DNA of 64,000 nucleotides from Callorhinchus milii (lineage: Eukaryota). Location: the NCBI RefSeq assembly GCF_018977255.1, contig NW_024704743.1, positions 15,440,001 to 15,504,000 of the forward strand, given 5' to 3'. Under the pieces are notes generated by a model, which made no database searches, was not told where the DNA came from, and worked only from the letters and a program-made list of their open reading frames with translations. The translations under genes were made by a program, and so were the position numbers. Of this stretch, positions 61,309 through 64,000 are shown one piece after another; position 1 is the first letter of the stretch; each line of letters opens with the position of its first letter.

Positions 61309-62109
61309 CAATTGTCGGTGGCATTGGCACTTCGAACTACTTTAACACAAACAAAGGCATGCCCGAGTTCACCAGTTAGCAGGAGATTCCTTTGACTTTA
61401 ATATTTTGTATCTGTTTTACCCAGAATGGCTCTGATTGAACTTGCAATGTTACAACCTTATTCTGTTTATACCAATGATACCTATGAGGTGAAGGGACCC
61501 GATCTGGCTTGATGGCCAGAAACACACAGAGATTCCTCTCAGGTGAAGTGAGGCCTTTACATTGAGCTGTCATAGAGGTGAATGTGCTACATGGGTCGTA
61601 GCAATGGATTATTGGTATTTTATTTAGTTTAAATAAATCATTAATTTTCAATGTGTGTGTGGGGGAGGGCAGAGAGGGAGGGAGAGATTGGAGTGCAGTA
61701 TCAATCTTGCCATTCATTCGTCTAACACTTATACTGTAACCAAAGCATATTGGATAGTCTGTGCACAACAGTGGCTATTGTATTCAAAGGCTTTGTTCCC
61801 CTTTTGGGTTCACAATTGGATGTCTGTAACTACTTTCTGAGAGGTTAATGGGACAGTGTAGTGACCAAAATCCAGCTGTCTGACTGTCTCATTTCCAAAT
61901 GGCTCTGAGAAGACAGATTTGAGTCTGCTCACTGTAAGATTAACATGTTAAAGTATGTAGTATCTTCTATTGTCATGTTGTCAGAGAAATGTAAATCTAA
62001 CCTTCTCCTGATGCCAAGTGACTACCATAGTCAGTCTGCCATGCATATTATTGCTGGACAAATCTGACCCTGAAAACTTACCCCGCTCCCAATTTACTGG
62101 GATAAAGGA

Positions 62110-62270
62110 GATTCCTAACCTCGGAAACTCTCTCCCTCTACACTCTGTGTTGGCCCTTTCCCTTTCTGACTTTAAGCCTGCTATGAAACCTTCCTCTTTG
62201 AAAGCACCTATAACCACCTCCCATTGCTTGGCGTCCGACCCTGTGTTTGTAAGGTGCGAGGGTACTATTT
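62110..62270 (+). mobile_element. Degenerate L2 3' fragment
   Basis: ggaaactctctccctc...tttaagcctgctatgaaaccttcctctttga parallels the L2 at 55415-55500. Confidence 0.55.
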
Positions 62271-63099
62271 AAAGAAGGAAAACCTTCACTCGGGCCATTT
62301 TTTCAATTTTTATTTCAATAGAAAATTATAGCTTCTTTTGGTCCACTTTTTTTGAGCCCAAACCAGATCTCCTTTTAATGAGGATACCTCACTAATGAGA
62401 GCAAAATGAGCTAGTCTGTTCACTGTCCTTAATAGCAAGTTTCCACTGTACAAGTCTGCTGTCACGGAACGACAGGCAACCCATCTGCTTGAGTGCATCC
62501 AAGACAGTTGAGACAATTTTTCATTTTTAGGTGGGGTTCTTGATTCTTGCTTGATTGATAAAGCTACAAATAGTGACGTGGTTGATGCACGCTTCATACG
62601 AATGGTAGAAATTATTTAGATTAAAAGAAAAAAAACCTCTAAAATAAATAGCTGAAATCAGCCTTTCTAAAAAAAACACAAAGACCAAAAGGGGAAAAGA
62701 GTTTGGGGAAGGCCACTTGCATTGACTCATGCTGGTGCTTGAATGACGAGACAATTTGGCAGATGTATTTGTATATTTCAGTTGGCTCATTAATCTGCTA
62801 GCACATAACTTGTACAGGAAAGATGGAATTTATTTTTAAGCTTGCCTTCTGTTGAACTGAATCACCACAGCTAATATAATTGAAATCTGCACACCATCAC
62901 AATGCAGGCACATATTAACCCCTTGACTGTCATGTAGTCTATGGAAACTCCTGTCATTGTGAATTGTTGATCCTGTACATTTTCAGCTCACAGTGATGCT
63001 GAAAGAAATAGCAAAGTTACTCAAACATCAGGAGAAACTTTATTTTTGTATTATTAATCATAAATAAATGAAAAAAACACACAAAAAGGCACCAGGAAC

Positions 63100-63462
63100 A
63101 CTTGCATTTTGTATATCGCCTTATTACATTATCAACGTCTCGAAGTGCTTCATTGGAATTATTGTAAAGGATAGTGACTGTATTTGTAGGTGAACGTGGC
63201 AGCCAGTTTACACACAGCAAGATCCCACCAACTGGGAGAAACTCCCTTCTATTTTTGAATAGTGCCACAGGATCTTTAACATCTTCTTGAAAAGGCAGGT
63301 GGGACCTCAATTTAATGCCTCCAATAGACGACACCTCCAAATTGCAGCGCTCTCCCAGCACTGCATTTGAGCATCAGCCTGGACGGTGAGCTCAAAACCC
63401 TGATGCGGAACTTGAACTCACAACCTTGTGACTCAGAGGTGACTCTGAGCCAGATTGACTCT
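63100..63462 (-). mobile_element. DeuSINE-like element
   Basis: aatagtgccacaggatctttaacatc...gggacctcaatttaatgcctc; reverse tRNA head cttgaactcacaacc...tgactcagagg. Confidence 0.82.
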
Positions 63463-64000
63463 TATTTTTACAAGTTACAAAGCAGTGTTACAAATAAACC
63501 ATTTTAAAGATATTCTCTAAACTCGTGTTTTTTCCTATTTTCTTTTCTGCTTTCTTCCCTTGGTCCTAGTTTTATATTTTAACCTAGTGCTGATTTCCAA
63601 CTAGTTTACCTCTACATAACCAATTCTAAAATCTTCCTGTTTTTTAAGACCTTTTTGTTCCAGCAACCAATGTCCATTATGGAATATTGGAGAAGCCTTT
63701 TGTTTGTTTTCCCTAAAAAGAAGTATCATTTTTTATTAGATTAAATGCTTAGCATTAATAAAAAGGCAAATCTAACAATCTTTGTCACAGTTTTCCATTG
63801 CAGTCAGAAGTAAGAGCTGCCAAACTGTGAACATGCCTGGCAGGCTCCATGGAGAGATTGCGACCTGATGCGTAAACACATCAGCAATGTTCCAAGGGTC
63901 ACTGCTAAACAGTAACTTCAAACCACAATTTATTAAGACATTTAAGAAAATATGTTTTTTCTAAAAAAATGTTAGCTACAGTTGATGCTAGTTTTTGCAA

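Noticed and set aside
48536..64000. Next GLI3 coding exon (expected to begin EDESPGQ-like)
   Set aside because: No matching translation seen; intron 2 evidently extends past the window

Overview
Vertebrate genomic DNA, very probably a cartilaginous fish. The repeat complement (CR1 and L2 LINEs, DeuSINE/SacSINE1-like elements, an abundant tRNA-Ala-headed L2-tailed SINE, a Penelope-type terminal repeat) points there, and a chimaera is a guess. The window holds the 5' end of GLI3 on the + strand. The first coding exon is at 48371-48535 (ATG 48412, [41 protein letters not shown], phase-1 GT donor). A probable CpG-rich promoter and non-coding exon 1 end at a CAG|GTAAGT donor at 18887, and the next coding exon is not in the window. 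The rest is intron or upstream sequence with transposon relics and large C-rich minisatellites; nearly all long ORFs in the track are repeat artefacts. I found no clearly new multi-gene system. The best leads are: an overlapping uORF at the GLI3 start; a 1.1-kb upstream minisatellite carrying about 18 near-consensus GLI sites; several foldback hairpins, three of them in GLI3 intron 2; a DIRS relic missed by the ORF track; an LF-SINE-like element; and a decayed Penelope hammerhead. Family names and cross-species comparisons come from recall, not database searches, and repeat boundaries are approximate.
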